Sequence record: S54962.1
Direction: 5' to 3' (one strand)
DNA length: 258 bases
Source: a phage
The notes under the pieces are model-generated. The model made no database searches and was not told the origin of the DNA. It worked only from the letters and a program-made list of their open reading frames with translations. Position 1 is the first letter of the stretch. Every line of letters starts with the position of its first letter. Both the position numbers and the translations under genes were made by a program. This document shows, piece after piece, positions 1 through 258 of this stretch.

Positions 1-255
1 ATGGTCGACCTTTCTGAAATGACTTCTAAAGATAAATTCAAATCGTTTGAAGAACTTAATACTAAATTCGGTCAAGTTATGGGAACTGCTGTGATGGGCG
101 GTGCTGCTGCAACTGCTGCTAAGAAAGCTGATAAAGTGGCTGATGATTTGGATGCATTCAATGTGGACGACTTCAATACAAAAACTGAAGATGATTTTAT
201 GAGCTCAAGCTCTGGTAGTTCATCTAGTGCTGATGACCTTTTGAATGACCTTTAA
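1..255 (+). CDS. 32: Single-stranded DNA-binding protein gp32 (T4-type), C-terminal portion: end of core domain plus acidic A-domain. Probably 5'-truncated by the window edge; stop codon TAA at 253-255.
   Basis: Seen in sequence: uninterrupted frame 1..255 and no comparable ORF in the other five frames of the supplied track. Translation shows an Ala/Gly-rich segment [18 protein letters not shown] (nt 82-135), acidic D/F/N-rich motifs [19 protein letters not shown] (nt 142-198), a serine run SSSSGSSSS (nt 202-228) and the acidic terminus ADDLLNDL (nt 229-252). Established knowledge, recalled not searched: this matches the C-terminal region of phage T4 gp32, whose acidic tail mediates contacts with replication and recombination proteins. 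A+T-rich codon choice (GCT Ala, AAA Lys, GAT Asp) fits T-even phages. Confidence 0.75.
   Translation: MVDLSEMTSKDKFKSFEELNTKFGQVMGTAVMGGAAATAAKKADKVADDLDAFNVDDFNTKTEDDFMSSSSGSSSSADDLLNDL
233..253 (+). repeat. Short direct repeat: exact 9-mer ATGACCTTT at 233-241 and 245-253, spaced 12 nt apart, inside the codons for the acidic tail (DDLL / NDL-stop).
   Basis: Seen in sequence: atgaccttt occurs twice, separated by tga (242-244). The two 12-nt units 233-244 and 245-256 match at 9 of 12 positions. A related gatga motif sits at 142-146 and 232-236. Confidence 0.4.
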
Positions 256-258
256 TAG

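Noticed and set aside
82-120. Hydrophobic Ala/Gly/Val/Met stretch ([13 protein letters not shown]) as a transmembrane segment or signal peptide.
   Set aside because: It is too short (about 13 residues), internal, and flanked by charged residues. It fits a flexible linker in a soluble DNA-binding protein.
103-120. GCT-rich trinucleotide run as a microsatellite or CRISPR-like repeat.
   Set aside because: It is only a few imperfect codon repeats encoding Ala, with no spacer-repeat architecture. Coding low-complexity sequence explains it.
4-206. SalI site (GTCGAC, 4-9) directly after the ATG, a SacI site (GAGCTC, 201-206) and a tandem stop TAA-TAG (253-258), which could suggest an engineered cloning or expression fragment.
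   Set aside because: Single 6-bp sites and a second in-frame stop arise easily by chance in natural sequence. Without flanking vector sequence there is no way to tell a construct from a native phage segment.
1-258. Possible genes on the minus strand.
   Set aside because: The six-frame track reports no other ORF of meaningful length. The + strand frame has a coherent, recognisable protein sequence occupying the whole window.
253-258. Rho-independent terminator or downstream regulatory signal after the stop codon.
   Set aside because: The window ends 3 nt after the stop, so no downstream sequence is available to evaluate a hairpin or U-tract.
1-258. A previously undescribed biological system (defence, toxin-antitoxin and similar).
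   Set aside because: The window is fully accounted for by the 3' end of a well-known phage replication gene. Nothing in the sequence supports a novel system.

Overview
The whole 258-nt window is one + strand open reading frame (1..255, stop TAA at 253-255, followed by an in-frame TAG at 256-258). I recognise the 84-aa product as the C-terminal part of a T4-type gene 32 single-stranded DNA-binding protein (gp32): the end of the DNA-binding core, an Ala/Gly-rich linker, a Ser-rich stretch and the acidic C-terminal tail ending ...DDLLNDL. This identification rests on memory of the T4 protein, not a database search. The CDS is most likely cut at its 5' end by the window edge, so the ATG at 1..3 is probably an internal Met codon rather than a true start. 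By hand count the window is about 39% G+C, which fits a T-even phage. I see no RNA gene, mobile element, CRISPR array, promoter or terminator, and no evidence for a novel system. The one point worth a second look is that the acidic tail seems about five codons shorter than I recall for reference T4 gp32, at a spot flanked by short direct repeats.
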